From an uncultured Pelagibacteraceae bacterium (lineage in GTDB: Bacteria > Pseudomonadota > Alphaproteobacteria > Pelagibacterales > Pelagibacteraceae): a stretch of 64,000 nt of DNA. Shown here piece after piece: positions 20,100 to 31,689 of the stretch; the stretch's first letter is position 1; the number at the start of each line of letters is the position of its first letter. A program made the translations under genes and the position numbers. The stretch is taken from contig CACMIX010000001.1 in NCBI GenBank assembly GCA_902613855.1, forward strand, positions 288,717-352,716. The letters run 5' to 3'. The notes below the pieces were generated by a model. It was not told the origin of the DNA. It was given only the letters and a program-made list of their open reading frames with translations, and did not search any database.

Positions 20100-22291
20100 T
20101 AGTTACTCATATATTCTTTCAACCACTTTGTATTAAAACTTTTTAATTCGTCAATTGTAACTTTTGTCTTTTCATTCAAAAATAGCATATTTTCATCGAT
20201 TGTTCCAAGCTCATCATAATGAACTGCATTTTTATTCAATATATCTAGTACTTTTTTTTGATCTTTTTTACTAATTTCAACAATGTATCTTCCTTGATCT
20301 TCTGAGAAAAAATATTCTATATCACTGATTAAGTATTTTGGTTTTTTTAGATTAATACCTTTATTACCCTTAATACACATTTTTGATACAGCAGTAATTA
20401 TTCCACCTAAAGAAATATCATGGGCGCTTTTAATTAAATTACTATCGATTAATTTTAAAAGAATTTCTCCATTATTTTTTTCATTAAACAGATTTATTTC
20501 TGGTGGAGGTCCATTTTTTTCATCTAATATAACTCTTGCAAATAAACTTTGATCAATATGACCTTCTGTTTTGCCTATAACTAAAACAATATTATCTACT
20601 TCTTTAAAGTCCATTGTTATCATTTTAGTATAGTCTTTTATAAGCCCAACACCGCCAATAGATGGAGTAGGCTTGATACCCTGATCTTTTGTTTGATTAT
20701 AGAAAGATACATTTCCAGACACGACGGGAAATTTTAAATAAGAGCTTGCTTCTCCGATACCCTGAACACATTCAACGAACTCTCCCATATTTTCTTCATT
20801 TTCTGGGCTACCAAAATTTAAGCAATTTGTAATAGCGATTGGTTTCGCTCCAACAGATATTAAATTTCTAAAATTTTCACATACCACCTGTTTTCCTCCT
20901 GTAAGAGGGTGAGCCCAACAATAAACAGCTGAAGAGTCTACCGATGCTGCAACTGCTTTGTTAGAGCCATGAACTCTGACCACACCAGAGTCTCCTCCAG
21001 GTTTTTGAATAGTGTCTCCCATTACTGTGTGATCATATTGCTGCCAAATCCATTCTTTACTACAAATATTTGGATTAGCTAAAATTTTTTTTAGAACCTC
21101 AATTATTTTTAAATTATTTATATCATCTTTGTTAATTTTGTTTTTCTTTGGAAGCTTTGCCTTTTTCCATTTACGATCATACATCGGTGAATTTTCAACA
21201 AGAGTATTAATTGGAATGTCAGCAACTTTTTCGTTATCAAAAAAAAGTTCAATTTTCTTTGATTTAGTTGTTTTACCAATTACAGCAAAATCTAAATTCC
21301 ACTTATCAAATATTTTTTTAGCCTGCTCTTCTTTTCCATTTTCTAGAACAATCAGCATTCTTTCCTGACTTTCAGAAAGCATGATTTCATAAGGGGTCAT
21401 TTTTGTTTCCCTACATGGTACTTTATTTAAATTAACTTCTATTCCAAGATCTCCCTTTGAAGCCATTTCAATACTTGAAGAAGTTAAACCTGCAGCCCCC
21501 ATATCCTGAATAGCAATGATAGAATCTCCTTCCATTAACTCTAAACATGCTTCAAGTAAAAGTTTTTCTGTAAATGGATCACCGACTTGTACGGTCGGTT
21601 TTTTTTCCTCAATTTTGTCATCAAAGCTAGCAGAGGCCATGCTTGCTCCATGAATACCATCACGACCTGTTTTGGACCCTACGTATATTACAGGTTTATT
21701 TAAACCAGCAGCTTTTGAGTAAAAAATTTTATCTTTTTTAACTAATCCTAACGTCATTGCGTTGACTAAAATATTCCCGTTATAAGAGCTATCAAAACTT
21801 GTTTGTCCTGCAATCGTGGGCACACCCATACAGTTTCCATAACCTCCTATTCCATGCACAACACCTCTTAATAGATTTTTAGTTTTTTTATGCTGTGATG
21901 AACCAAAGTGTATTGAATTTAAATTAGCTATCGGTCTAGCACCCATTGTGAATACATCTCTCATTATTCCACCAACTCCGGTAGCAGCACCTTGATAAGG
22001 TTCTATAAATGAAGGATGGTTATGGCTTTCAATTTTAAAGACGATTGCATCATTGTCACCAATATCGATTACTCCAGCATTTTCACCAGGTCCTTGAATA
22101 ACTTGTTTACCCTTAGTAGGTAATTTTTTTAAATGCAATCTTGAAGATTTGTAGGAGCAGTGCTCATTCCACATTGCTGAAAAAATTCCTAATTCTGTTA
22201 TGTTAGGGGTTCTTTTTAAGAGTTCACAGATTTTTTTATACTCATCTTTTTTTAATCCATGATCAATGGCTATTTTTTCGTTTACTATCAT
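20099..22291 (-). CDS. purL: phosphoribosylformylglycinamidine synthase subunit PurL
   Basis: 730 aa with duplicated AIR-synthase-like domains (ESHNHPS motif). Follows purS and purQ. Confidence 0.95.
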   Translation of the reverse strand: MIVNEKIAIDHGLKKDEYKKICELLKRTPNITELGIFSAMWNEHCSYKSSRLHLKKLPTKGKQVIQGPGENAGVIDIGDNDAIVFKIESHNHPSFIEPYQGAATGVGGIMRDVFTMGARPIANLNSIHFGSSQHKKTKNLLRGVVHGIGGYGNCMGVPTIAGQTSFDSSYNGNILVNAMTLGLVKKDKIFYSKAAGLNKPVIYVGSKTGRDGIHGASMASASFDDKIEEKKPTVQVGDPFTEKLLLEACLELMEGDSIIAIQDMGAAGLTSSSIEMASKGDLGIEVNLNKVPCRETKMTPYEIMLSESQERMLIVLENGKEEQAKKIFDKWNLDFAVIGKTTKSKKIELFFDNEKVADIPINTLVENSPMYDRKWKKAKLPKKNKINKDDINNLKIIEVLKKILANPNICSKEWIWQQYDHTVMGDTIQKPGGDSGVVRVHGSNKAVAASVDSSAVYCWAHPLTGGKQVVCENFRNLISVGAKPIAITNCLNFGSPENEENMGEFVECVQGIGEASSYLKFPVVSGNVSFYNQTKDQGIKPTPSIGGVGLIKDYTKMITMDFKEVDNIVLVIGKTEGHIDQSLFARVILDEKNGPPPEINLFNEKNNGEILLKLIDSNLIKSAHDISLGGIITAVSKMCIKGNKGINLKKPKYLISDIEYFFSEDQGRYIVEISKKDQKKVLDILNKNAVHYDELGTIDENMLFLNEKTKVTIDELKSFNTKWLKEYMSN

Positions 22292-22971
22292 TTTATATTA
22301 TTGATTAGGTTTTTAAAAAAAAGAGATCCATCTTCTCCTGATAGAGAAGGGTCGATCATTCTTTCAGGATGTGGCATCATTCCTAGAACATTTTTTTTCT
22401 TATTAAAAATTCCAGCAATATTTTTTGTTGATCCATTTGGATTGGATGATTTTTCAATTTTACCCTCATTATTACAATAGTTGATTGCAACCTGAGTATT
22501 GTCCTCAATTTCTTTTAATTGATCATTTGTACAAAAATAGTTTCCTTCATTATGAGCAATGTGAAGCTCCAAAACGTCATTTTTAATGTTTTTAAAGTAA
22601 GCACTATCTTTATCACTAATTTTAACAAAAACATTTTTACAAATAAATTCTAAATATTTATTTCTTAATAAAACTCCAGGCACTAATCCTGTTTCAACTA
22701 AAATTTGAAAACCATTACAAATACCCATCACCATTCCACCAGAATTAGCAAAATTAATTACAGATTGCATAATCTTAGATTTAGAGGCCATGCTTCCACA
22801 TCTAAGATAATCACCATAAGAAAAACCACCGGGCAAAACTACCAAGTCACTTTTGGGTAGTTCAACATCTTGATGCCAAACCATTTTATTTTTAAAACCA
22901 AATTTTTTTAAAGCAACATCCATATCTCTATCACAATTAGAACCTGGAAATGTAATTACTGCTGATTTCAT
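22288..22971 (-). CDS. purQ: phosphoribosylformylglycinamidine synthase subunit PurQ (glutaminase)
   Basis: Class I amidotransferase with nucleophile elbow GICNGFQIL and C-terminal MMPHPER. 227 aa. Confidence 0.95.
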   Translation of the reverse strand: MKSAVITFPGSNCDRDMDVALKKFGFKNKMVWHQDVELPKSDLVVLPGGFSYGDYLRCGSMASKSKIMQSVINFANSGGMVMGICNGFQILVETGLVPGVLLRNKYLEFICKNVFVKISDKDSAYFKNIKNDVLELHIAHNEGNYFCTNDQLKEIEDNTQVAINYCNNEGKIEKSSNPNGSTKNIAGIFNKKKNVLGMMPHPERMIDPSLSGEDGSLFFKNLINNIK

Positions 22972-22974
22972 TAA

Positions 22975-23217
22975 TTACTGTGCATCAATAATTTTATAAT
23001 TTTCTATCACAAGATTAGCCAAAAGTTTTTTGCACATTTCTTCAACTTTATTTTTTGCTTTTTGAGGATCAGTTTCTTTAGTATCAATTTCAAAATATTT
23101 ACCCTGCCTTACTTCATTTACATCATTAAATCCCATACCATCGAGTGCTTGATGAATAACTTTACCCTGTGGATCTAATACATCCTTTTTAAGTGTAATA
23201 ATTACTGATATTTTCAT
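22975..23217 (-). CDS. purS: phosphoribosylformylglycinamidine synthase subunit PurS
   Basis: 80 aa. Sequence VLDPQG..V..ALDGMGF typical of PurS. Lies between purC and purQ. Confidence 0.9.
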   Translation of the reverse strand: MKISVIITLKKDVLDPQGKVIHQALDGMGFNDVNEVRQGKYFEIDTKETDPQKAKNKVEEMCKKLLANLVIENYKIIDAQ

Positions 23218-23999
23218 TTACGTTTTCTTTTAATGGAAGATAGTTTTGTCACATTCACTGCACTTAAGTTGGATTGTTCATGAAGGATACCAAGTCTTTT
23301 AGCAACTTCAGTGTAGGCTGGAATTAGATCTCCTAGATCTTTTCTAAACCTGTCTTTATCTAATTTTTTATCAGTTAAACTGTCCCATAACCTGCAAGTA
23401 TCAGGGCTTATTTCGTCAGCTAAGATTACGTCTTTCTTTCCATTATTATCCAGTCTTCCAAACTCTAATTTAAAGTCTATAAGTTTAATCCCAACACCCC
23501 GGAACATACCGATCATAAAGTCATTAATTCTTAAAATCATTTTTTTTACTTTATCTATTTCTTTTTTTGATGCCCAATCAAAAGTTAGTATGTGTTCCTC
23601 AGCAATTAATGGATCACCAAGTTTGTCATCTTTTAAGCAATATTCAATTAAAGGCTCTTTTAAAATAGTTCCATCCTCAATTCCAAGACGTTTTGTTAAA
23701 GATCCTGTTGCAACATTTCTTACAATAAATTCAATAGGAATTATCTCAACAAGTTTAACAACTTGCTCACGCATATTTAATCTTTTAACTAAGTGATTTT
23801 TAATACCTATTTGTGAAAGGCTTGAAAGTATATGTTCAGAAATTCTATTGTTTAAAACACCTTTTCCTTCAATGGTAGATTTTTTTTGATTATTAAAAGC
23901 TGTTGCATCATCTTTAAAATATTGAATTACTAAATCTTTATCTGATGTAGCATAAATAATTTTAGCTTTTCCTTCGTATAATTTTTTCCCTTTTTTCAT
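23214..23999 (-). CDS. purC: phosphoribosylaminoimidazole-succinocarboxamide (SAICAR) synthase
   Basis: 261 aa. [10 protein letters not shown] start and [14 protein letters not shown] motif. Confidence 0.93.
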   Translation of the reverse strand: MKKGKKLYEGKAKIIYATSDKDLVIQYFKDDATAFNNQKKSTIEGKGVLNNRISEHILSSLSQIGIKNHLVKRLNMREQVVKLVEIIPIEFIVRNVATGSLTKRLGIEDGTILKEPLIEYCLKDDKLGDPLIAEEHILTFDWASKKEIDKVKKMILRINDFMIGMFRGVGIKLIDFKLEFGRLDNNGKKDVILADEISPDTCRLWDSLTDKKLDKDRFRKDLGDLIPAYTEVAKRLGILHEQSNLSAVNVTKLSSIKRKRK

Positions 24000-25291
24000 T
24001 ATTTAAAAACTCTTCTAAATATCAAATTTACATTTTTAAAATGTTTAGAGTAACTGAAAATAGATTTCAGTCTTTTTTGAGAAATTTTAGTCATGATAAA
24101 TTTATCTTCTAAAAGAACATCATGTAAATTTAGATTTTCCGCAAAACACTTTTTTGCATAGCTCTGAACCATTTTATATGATTTTTCTCTGCTTAACCCA
24201 GATTTTGTTAGTTCTAGCATAACTTCTTGTGAAAAAATTAAACCTTTGGTTATATTTAAATTTTCAAGCATTTTTTTTGGATAAACAATCATATTATCTA
24301 AAATATTCGTAAGTCTAACTAAAGCAAAGTCTGTTGTTATATTAGCATCTGGACCAATGTTTCTCTCAACACTTGAATGAGAAATATCTCTCTCATGCCA
24401 TAGTGCAATATTTTCTAATGCAGGCACAACTGCACTTCTTACCATTCTCGCAAGTCCTGTTAGATTTTCACTTAAAATAGGATTTTTTTTGTGAGGCATT
24501 GCTGAAGAGCCTTTTTGTTTTTTTGAAAAAAATTCTTGTAACTCATAAACTTCTGTTCGCTGCAGGTGTCTAATTTCAATCGCAACTCTTTCAATTGAGC
24601 CTGCTATAATTCCTAAAACTGAAAAATAAAATGCATGTCTGTCTCGTGGTATAACTTGTGTTGAAATTGGCTCAACTTTTAAACTTAATTTTTTTGCAAC
24701 ATGTTTTTCAACATTAGGATTAATATTAGCAAATGTTCCAACGGCTCCTGAAATTGCACAAGTTGATACTTCATCAATTGCGTATGCTAATCTATTTCTA
24801 TTTCTTTTAAATTCCTCATAAAATGAGGCTAATTTCAAACCAAAAGTAATTGGTTCTGCATGAATCCCATGACTTCGTCCCATACACGGAGTTAGTTTAT
24901 ATTTTTTAGCCTGTCTTTTTAAAACTTTTAAAATTTGATCGATATCGTCTAAAATGATTTTTCCTGATTGGACTAATTGAATATTGAAACTAGTATCTAA
25001 AACATCAGAGGAAGTCATACCTTGGTGAAGATATCTAGCTTTTATTCCAGCTTTTTCAGTAACTGAAGTTAAAAAGGCTATCACATCGTGTTTAACCTCA
25101 GACTCTATTTTATGAATTCTTGAGACATTAATTTTAGCTTTCTTTTTGACAATAGATGAAACTCCTCTTGGAATCTGTCCCAGTTTTTCCATGGCTTCTG
25201 CAGCAGCAATTTCAACATCTAACCAGATTTTATATTTATTTTCCTCTGACCAAATATCAGTTAATTGTTTACGCGAGTATCTTTTAATCAT
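23999..25291 (-). CDS. purB: adenylosuccinate lyase
   Basis: Fumarate-lyase signature [11 protein letters not shown]. 430 aa. Confidence 0.95.
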   Translation of the reverse strand: MIKRYSRKQLTDIWSEENKYKIWLDVEIAAAEAMEKLGQIPRGVSSIVKKKAKINVSRIHKIESEVKHDVIAFLTSVTEKAGIKARYLHQGMTSSDVLDTSFNIQLVQSGKIILDDIDQILKVLKRQAKKYKLTPCMGRSHGIHAEPITFGLKLASFYEEFKRNRNRLAYAIDEVSTCAISGAVGTFANINPNVEKHVAKKLSLKVEPISTQVIPRDRHAFYFSVLGIIAGSIERVAIEIRHLQRTEVYELQEFFSKKQKGSSAMPHKKNPILSENLTGLARMVRSAVVPALENIALWHERDISHSSVERNIGPDANITTDFALVRLTNILDNMIVYPKKMLENLNITKGLIFSQEVMLELTKSGLSREKSYKMVQSYAKKCFAENLNLHDVLLEDKFIMTKISQKRLKSIFSYSKHFKNVNLIFRRVFK

Positions 25292-25294
25292 TAA

Positions 25295-26068
25295 TTATAA
25301 GTATGGAGGCTTTAGATAACCTTTAGCAGATTCTGTAAAGATTTCATAACCATTTTCAGTAATTCCTAAAGTATGTTCAAATTGAGCTGATAAAGATTTA
25401 TCTTTTGTAACTGCTGTCCAGCCATCATTTAACATCTTTACATCATATTTTCCCGAGTTGATCATAGGCTCAATAGTAAAAGTCATCCCAGGTCGAAGTT
25501 CCATTCCTGTATTTTTGGTTCCATAATGTAAAATATTTGGAGATTCATGAAAAGTTGTACTAATTCCGTGACCACAAAAATCACGAACAACAGAGAAACC
25601 TTTATCTTCAACAAATGATTGGATTGTATATCCAATATCACCTAATCTTACACCAGGTTTTAAAATTTTAATTGCTCTCATCATTGACTCGTAAGTTGTA
25701 TCAATTAAATTTTTTAATTTAACTGGAGTTTTGCCAATACAAAACATTCTACTAGTGTCACCATAATGTTCATCAACAATTGCAGTAACATCTACATTAA
25801 CTGCATCACCCTCATTTAAAATTCTATCTGAAGGAATTCCATGACAGACAACATGATTTAAAGATGTGCATAGTGATTTTGTAAAACCCCTATAATAAAG
25901 TGGAGCAGAGTAGCCCCCATTATCTCTTATAAATTCATATCCTAATTTATCAATGTAGTCCGTACTTACACCTTCCTTTATATTTTCAGTTAACATATCC
26001 AAAGTTCTTGCTGCCAGATTACCTGCAACTTTCATCTTTTCGAATTTTTCTTTATAATCACTCATCAA
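25295..26068 (-). CDS. map: type I methionine aminopeptidase
   Basis: 257 aa with a pita-bread fold sequence (VCHGIP, DVTAIVDEHYGDTSRMF, GHGIST, TIEPMI, QFEHT). Confidence 0.93.
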   Translation of the reverse strand: MMSDYKEKFEKMKVAGNLAARTLDMLTENIKEGVSTDYIDKLGYEFIRDNGGYSAPLYYRGFTKSLCTSLNHVVCHGIPSDRILNEGDAVNVDVTAIVDEHYGDTSRMFCIGKTPVKLKNLIDTTYESMMRAIKILKPGVRLGDIGYTIQSFVEDKGFSVVRDFCGHGISTTFHESPNILHYGTKNTGMELRPGMTFTIEPMINSGKYDVKMLNDGWTAVTKDKSLSAQFEHTLGITENGYEIFTESAKGYLKPPYL

Positions 26069-26759
26069 CTATTTTAATTTTTTTATCTATAAATATTTTT
26101 TTTGAACTTATATTACATCTGTAAGCTAAAAAAATTACTCCAGCTTTTTTAGCTAGTAAATAATTTTTATAATATTGCTCATCTATATCTTTAGCTATTT
26201 TAAAATATTTCATATTTTGAATTTGAACTAAAAATAATAGATAAGCCTTATAGCCTTTTTTTATGGCATCAATAAGTGTTAATAAATGTTTTGACCCCCT
26301 TGATGTTACAGCATCTGGAAATTCAGCAGTATTTTTGTCTCTAAATAAAGTCACATTTTTAACCTCTAAAAAGCTTTTTTGGCTGTTTTTTTCTAATAAA
26401 AAATCAAATCTGGTTTCTTTATTAAAAAACACTTCTGGTTTGATAAAATCATTATTTTTAAGTTCACTGATCAGGTTATTTTCTAAACCATGCTGTACAA
26501 TTCTATTAGCCATGTGGGTATTAACTCCAACTAAATTTTTTCTTACATTTATAATCTCTAGCCCAAATTTAAGTTTTCTTTTAGGATCGTTATTTGGAAG
26601 TAAGTAAACTTCATTGCCTTCATCTAACAGGCCTTTCATTGACCCAGTATTAGGGCAATGAGCAGTTACAGTCTCGCGTTGTAACTTTACATCGGTAAAA
26701 AATCTTTTATATCGTTTGATTAATTTGCCTTTTATTAAAGACTTGGTAAATTCCATCAC
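26058..26759 (-). CDS. sfsA: sugar fermentation stimulation protein SfsA homologue (nuclease-fold DNA-binding protein)
   Basis: 233 aa. N-terminal L.KRYKRFFTDV, CPNTGSM and EVKNVTL motifs typical of SfsA. Confidence 0.8.
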   Translation of the reverse strand: MMEFTKSLIKGKLIKRYKRFFTDVKLQRETVTAHCPNTGSMKGLLDEGNEVYLLPNNDPKRKLKFGLEIINVRKNLVGVNTHMANRIVQHGLENNLISELKNNDFIKPEVFFNKETRFDFLLEKNSQKSFLEVKNVTLFRDKNTAEFPDAVTSRGSKHLLTLIDAIKKGYKAYLLFLVQIQNMKYFKIAKDIDEQYYKNYLLAKKAGVIFLAYRCNISSKKIFIDKKIKIVDE

Positions 26760-26776
26760 TAAATTATATATATAAA

Positions 26777-27526
26777 ATGACTAAAAAAACAAAAGTTAAT
26801 GCCGCTATTTTAATTATAGGCAATGAAATATTGTCAGGTAGAACTCAAGACACCAATACTTCAACCATAGCAGTTTGGCTGAACTCGATTGGTGTTAAAG
26901 TAGAGGAGGTTAGAGTAATTCCTGATGTTGAAAAAACAATTATAGATACATTAAATTTTTTAAAATCAACTTATGATTATGTTTTTACAACCGGAGGTAT
27001 AGGTCCAACCCATGATGACATCACAGCAGAGTCTGTTTCAAAAACCTTTGGCATAAAATATGAAATTCATAAAGAAGCTTTTAAAATTTTAGAGGCATAC
27101 TACAAACCAGGTGAATTCAACGAGGGGCGACAGAAAATGTGCTGGATGCCTGAAAATGCAAATTTAATTTTAAATCCAACAAGTGGAGCACCTGGATTTA
27201 ATGTTGAAAATGTTTTTTGTTTGCCAGGTGTACCATCTATTTTAAAATCGATGCTAGGTGGTCTAACTAATACCATAGTTGGTGGTGAACCGATTAAAAG
27301 CCATACAATAAGTTTAAGAACAGTTGAGAGTGAAATAGCAAACTCATTAACTAAAGTACAAAATGATAATCAAGATGTTGAAATTGGAAGCTATCCCTTT
27401 TTTCATGCTGGAAAATTAGGTGTTTCAATTGTAATTAGATCTGAGGATCAATCTAAAATAGATTTATGTAATTCTCAAATTTTAAAATTTGTTAATGCAA
27501 AAAAAATTGAAGTAGTAGAGAGGTAA
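26777..27526 (+). CDS. CinA-like / MoaB-MogA-fold molybdopterin-binding domain protein
   Basis: 249 aa. ILIIGNEILSGRTQDTNT and TTGGIGPTHDDIT motifs of the CinA N-terminal (MoCF-binding) domain. Confidence 0.75.
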   Translation: MTKKTKVNAAILIIGNEILSGRTQDTNTSTIAVWLNSIGVKVEEVRVIPDVEKTIIDTLNFLKSTYDYVFTTGGIGPTHDDITAESVSKTFGIKYEIHKEAFKILEAYYKPGEFNEGRQKMCWMPENANLILNPTSGAPGFNVENVFCLPGVPSILKSMLGGLTNTIVGGEPIKSHTISLRTVESEIANSLTKVQNDNQDVEIGSYPFFHAGKLGVSIVIRSEDQSKIDLCNSQILKFVNAKKIEVVER

Positions 27527-27927
27527 TGCTTTATTTTGCATACGGTAGTAATCTGCATCACTTCCAGATGAAACGAAGATGCAAAGATAGCACTTTTATA
27601 AAAAAAATTAATTTAAAAGACTTTAAATTAACTTTTAGAAGTAAATATAGAGCTGCAGATATTGAAATTAAGAAAAACTCAATTGTTCCCGGAGGTTTAT
27701 TTGAGATTTCTAAAAGTGATGAAAAAAAATTGGATGTATATGAGGATTATCCAATACTTTATAAGAAATATTATTTTTATTATTATGGAAAAAAAGTAAT
27801 GACTTACACAATGGTTAAAAAATCACCATTTAAGTTTCCAACTGAAAGATATCTAAATGTTGTAAAAAAAGGATATAAAGATTGTAATCTTGATAAAAAG
27901 TATCTTAATAACGCTTTGAAACCTTAA
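27526..27927 (+). CDS. gamma-glutamylcyclotransferase-like (AIG2/GGCT fold) protein
   Basis: 133 aa. N-terminal YFAYGSNL motif and a downstream acidic YEDYP. Confidence 0.6.
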   Translation: MLYFAYGSNLHHFQMKRRCKDSTFIKKINLKDFKLTFRSKYRAADIEIKKNSIVPGGLFEISKSDEKKLDVYEDYPILYKKYYFYYYGKKVMTYTMVKKSPFKFPTERYLNVVKKGYKDCNLDKKYLNNALKP

Positions 27928-27935
27928 AATTTATT

Positions 27936-29231
27936 ATGTTTTTACATACAAAATTAGAAAATAGAAAAGATCCTATAAAAATTTGTTTTATCGGATGTGG
28001 AAAATTTGTAAGTATGTTTTTGGCTCAATACAATCATCTAGAAAAAATTCAAATAGATTCCATAGTTGATATTAATGTTGATCAAGCAAAGAAAAATTGT
28101 TTGAAAAGTGGATTAAATGAACAAGTAGTTAAACAAATAAATTTTTCAAATTCTTTAGAGGAAGTTCTTGATAGAGATATCGAAATTTTTATTGAGGCAA
28201 CAGGCAACCCAATAGTTGGAACTGTACATGCAACAAAGATTATAAAAAGTAAGAAAAATATTATATTAGTCAATGTTGAAGCGGATATAACTTGTGGTAA
28301 ATATTTATCTGATCTTGCAAAAGAAAAAGGTGTTATCTGTTCGATGGCTTATGGCGATCAACCATCTTTAATTCTAGAACAAATAGAGTGGGCAAGATTA
28401 AACGGATTTTCAATAGTTTGTGCTGGTAAAGGAACAAAATATCATCCAACTTTTGAATATTCTACACCTGACACTGTTTGGGGTCACTATGGCCTAACTA
28501 AAGAGCGAGCTGAAAATGAATCTGGAATGAACCCCAAAATGTTTAATAGTTTTTTATGTGGAGACAAGTCTGCAATTGAAATGTGCGCTGTGAGTAATGC
28601 AGCTAACTTAAACTGCCCTAGTAATGGATTAACATTTCCTCCGGTTGGTGTTTACGATATTGCAAAAAAAATGATCCCAAAAAATGATGGTGGTCTAATT
28701 GAATTTGATGGTCAAGTTGAAGTTATTTCAAGTATAGATTTAGAAAAAAAAGATATTCCAAATGATTTAAGATGGGGTGTTTATATTGTTATTAAAGCAC
28801 AGAACGAATATGTAAAAAATTGTTTTAAAGATTACGGCATGGTTACAGACGCATCTGGAAACTATTCTGCTATTTGGAGACCCTATCATTATATTGGACT
28901 AGAGCTTGCACAGACAGTTTACTCAATAGCTCTAGACAATAGAGCAACAGGCTATACAAAAAATTATAATGCTGATGTTGCAAGTTTAGCGAAGAAAGAT
29001 TTAAAAGTTGGTGAAAAACTGGATGGAGAAGGAGGCTTCTGTGCTAGAGGGCGGTTAGTTACATCTCAAAAATCTAAAAAAGAAATGATCTTACCTCTAG
29101 GTCTTACTGATAATGCTGTATTAAAAAGAGATATAAGTAAGGATGAAGTTATTAGACTTGATGATGTCGAGTTAAATCTTCCAACTGAAGTGATCGAAGC
29201 AAGAAACTACCAATATAATTTATTAAATTAG
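27936..29231 (+). CDS. NAD(P)-binding oxidoreductase with SAF domain (COG4091-type 'predicted homoserine dehydrogenase')
   Basis: 431 aa. N-terminal Rossmann GxGxxG (FIGCGKFV). Overall similarity recalled to the COG4091 family; the substrate is unknown. Confidence 0.5.
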   Translation: MFLHTKLENRKDPIKICFIGCGKFVSMFLAQYNHLEKIQIDSIVDINVDQAKKNCLKSGLNEQVVKQINFSNSLEEVLDRDIEIFIEATGNPIVGTVHATKIIKSKKNIILVNVEADITCGKYLSDLAKEKGVICSMAYGDQPSLILEQIEWARLNGFSIVCAGKGTKYHPTFEYSTPDTVWGHYGLTKERAENESGMNPKMFNSFLCGDKSAIEMCAVSNAANLNCPSNGLTFPPVGVYDIAKKMIPKNDGGLIEFDGQVEVISSIDLEKKDIPNDLRWGVYIVIKAQNEYVKNCFKDYGMVTDASGNYSAIWRPYHYIGLELAQTVYSIALDNRATGYTKNYNADVASLAKKDLKVGEKLDGEGGFCARGRLVTSQKSKKEMILPLGLTDNAVLKRDISKDEVIRLDDVELNLPTEVIEARNYQYNLLN

Positions 29232-30499
29232 TTATATTTCTTTTCCATTACTAAATCTAAAAATAAAGAAGCGGTCCAAGAGAAGTTACTTGCTCCAAAT
29301 GCTTTTCCAGTTTTAAAACTGTAGTATTCAAAAAAGCCATTTTTTTTAATTAGATTAATTGTTTTTTCCTTAATTTTATTAGCAAAGTTTTTATCTTTAT
29401 TTTTTAACCCTTGATAGATAATCCAATTACAATTTATCCAAACAGGACCTCTCCAGTAACGCTTTTCCTCAAACTTTTTATGATTAGGCTTAATACTAGA
29501 AAATATGTATTTCTTTGTATGGTTATGATTTTTTAAATTTTTAATTATTTTTTTATTAATAGTTTGATTTTTTAAGTCAGCAAATAAAATAAAATAATTT
29601 GTAATTGATGGTACAATAATTTTTTTTTTATTTCTTATATCATAATTTGTAAAAACTCCTTTTTTCTCATTATATAATTTTTCAATCTGATTTTCTGATT
29701 TTAAAATAAATTTTTTTAATTTATTGTGCTCTAAATTGAATGATTTAAGTAATTCTAATAAATCTTTATTTGCTCTCAAAAATATAGAGTTAAAACCTAC
29801 ATCAACAACATTAAACATTGATTTATTATAAAGTTTTTTTGGATTATATTTATTTTTTCTAAGATGATTTTTAATTGTTACGTATCTATCATAATCTGCA
29901 TCTAAGGGTCTGTATTCTGGATTTATAACTTTATTATCCCCTCGTTTATATTTCAAATTTTTTTCAACTTTAACTTCATTCATAGAATAGTCCCAAAGTG
30001 GAGAATTATCATATCCACTTTCCCAAGGATGCAATATTGAAACTAGACCAGTATTTTTTGGGTCTCTATATTTAATTAACCATTCATGATATTTTTTCAA
30101 TTTTTGAACTATTGATTTAATTTTTACTTTATCTAAAATTTCTATTTTATTTTTGTCTAAAATTTTCTTTAAAATAATTGCAAGAACTGGAGGTTGAGTT
30201 ATTCCTGATGAATGTATCTTGTTTCCACAATTCCATACTGAATGATTTGGATAATAATTTGTTTTTAAATCATGGAATAAGATATGAGGTATCATACCAT
30301 CTTTCCATTGACCCCTTAAAAGTGTTGTTATTTCATCAAGTGCATACTTTAAATTAAAGTATGAGTATCCGAGGGAAATAAAGCCAGAGTCCCATTTCCA
30401 TTGTGCCGGATACAATTTGTTATTTGTAGGTAATGTGTAGCCTTTCTTTTTATTCCCTAACAAAACTTTCTTTGCTTCTTCTATTAATTTATTTCTCAA
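29228..30499 (-). CDS. GH63-like (alpha/alpha)6-barrel glycoside hydrolase; candidate glucosyl-/mannosylglycerate hydrolase
   Basis: 423 aa. Motifs HPWESGYDNSPLWD, RYWRGPVWINCNW and FFEYYSFKTGKAFGASNFSWTASLFLDL resemble MGH/GH63-type enzymes. Overlaps the upstream permease gene by 4 nt. Confidence 0.55.
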   Translation of the reverse strand: MRNKLIEEAKKVLLGNKKKGYTLPTNNKLYPAQWKWDSGFISLGYSYFNLKYALDEITTLLRGQWKDGMIPHILFHDLKTNYYPNHSVWNCGNKIHSSGITQPPVLAIILKKILDKNKIEILDKVKIKSIVQKLKKYHEWLIKYRDPKNTGLVSILHPWESGYDNSPLWDYSMNEVKVEKNLKYKRGDNKVINPEYRPLDADYDRYVTIKNHLRKNKYNPKKLYNKSMFNVVDVGFNSIFLRANKDLLELLKSFNLEHNKLKKFILKSENQIEKLYNEKKGVFTNYDIRNKKKIIVPSITNYFILFADLKNQTINKKIIKNLKNHNHTKKYIFSSIKPNHKKFEEKRYWRGPVWINCNWIIYQGLKNKDKNFANKIKEKTINLIKKNGFFEYYSFKTGKAFGASNFSWTASLFLDLVMEKKYN

Positions 30500-31689
30500 C
30501 CTTTGACACTCCCTGCAGTAAGACCACTAACTAGATATTTTTCAAAATAAACAAAAATAAATAGAACAGGCAAAGTTACAATAACTGATCCAGCCATTAA
30601 ATATTGTCTAGGTGTTTCTGCATCACCACTTAAATATTGTATGGCTCTTGAAAGAGTAAAAGAATTAGGGTTATCTAGAAACATTAAAGAAAATAAAAAT
30701 TCATTCCAAGCTATCATAAATACATATAAAGCCACAGAAGAAATTGCAGGAATACTTAATGGAATTATAATTTTAGAAATTATTCCAAACCAACTAAGTT
30801 TGTCTAATATTGCTGCCTCTTCTAATTCCTTTGGGATACTTTTGAAGTATCCTTGAAGCATGTAGATAGCTACTGGAAGCGTTGTAGCTGTATAAACAAT
30901 TAATAATCCTTCTATAGAGTTTCTGAGGCCTAATTGACTAAAAATTGTATATAAAGGAATTACTAAAACTATCGCTGGAAACATATAAATTATTAATATT
31001 GATGTTGACATAAATGTTTTTCCAAAAAAGTTTAATCGAGCAATTGCATATGCTGCTGGAATTGCAAAAAGAAGAGTTATGATCACAGTTCCTACAGATA
31101 CAATAGTGCTGGTTAAAATATATTTACCAAATTTATAAGATTTAAAGATTACAAAATAGGAATTAAATAAGTCCTTCAAATCTTGGCCAAAATTAATACT
31201 AAAATCTAAGGGGTTAACTAATAAAGCAATTTGAGTTTTAAAACTTGTTATTAACATCATGTAAAAAGGAAAAAGAATTACAAACGAAAAAAATAAAATA
31301 CCAAATAAAGTTAAAAAATCAAAAAAAATTACTTGAGTAGAATGTTCCTGCTTTAAATCTTCAAAACTGTATTTATTTATTTTATTAACAAAAAAATATA
31401 AAACTAAAAAAATACCAATATTGTACCATAAGGGTAACTTTTGAATAATATAACCATCACAAATTACAAAAATTAAAGAAAAAATAATTGATTTATAAAA
31501 AATTTTAATTTTATTGCCTACTCTTAAGTGAGCAAAAGATATTAGAAGACCAAAAATAAAAATTATTTGTAAATTAAAGTTTTGAATATCCAACCCTTGC
31601 AAAGTTGCTAATATTTTCCATATGGAAACTAAGAAAACCAAAAAAAATGAAGATATTAATGGAAATAAAATTAAATTTTTAGTTTTCAT
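30496..31689 (-). CDS. carbohydrate ABC transporter permease (MalG/CUT1 type) with an extra ~105-aa N-terminal membrane extension
   Basis: The C-terminal ~290 aa has the canonical 6-TM permease and EAA loop (ELEEAAILDKLSWFG). The first ~105 aa contain about four additional hydrophobic segments. Confidence 0.85.
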   Translation of the reverse strand: MKTKNLILFPLISSFFLVFLVSIWKILATLQGLDIQNFNLQIIFIFGLLISFAHLRVGNKIKIFYKSIIFSLIFVICDGYIIQKLPLWYNIGIFLVLYFFVNKINKYSFEDLKQEHSTQVIFFDFLTLFGILFFSFVILFPFYMMLITSFKTQIALLVNPLDFSINFGQDLKDLFNSYFVIFKSYKFGKYILTSTIVSVGTVIITLLFAIPAAYAIARLNFFGKTFMSTSILIIYMFPAIVLVIPLYTIFSQLGLRNSIEGLLIVYTATTLPVAIYMLQGYFKSIPKELEEAAILDKLSWFGIISKIIIPLSIPAISSVALYVFMIAWNEFLFSLMFLDNPNSFTLSRAIQYLSGDAETPRQYLMAGSVIVTLPVLFIFVYFEKYLVSGLTAGSVKG

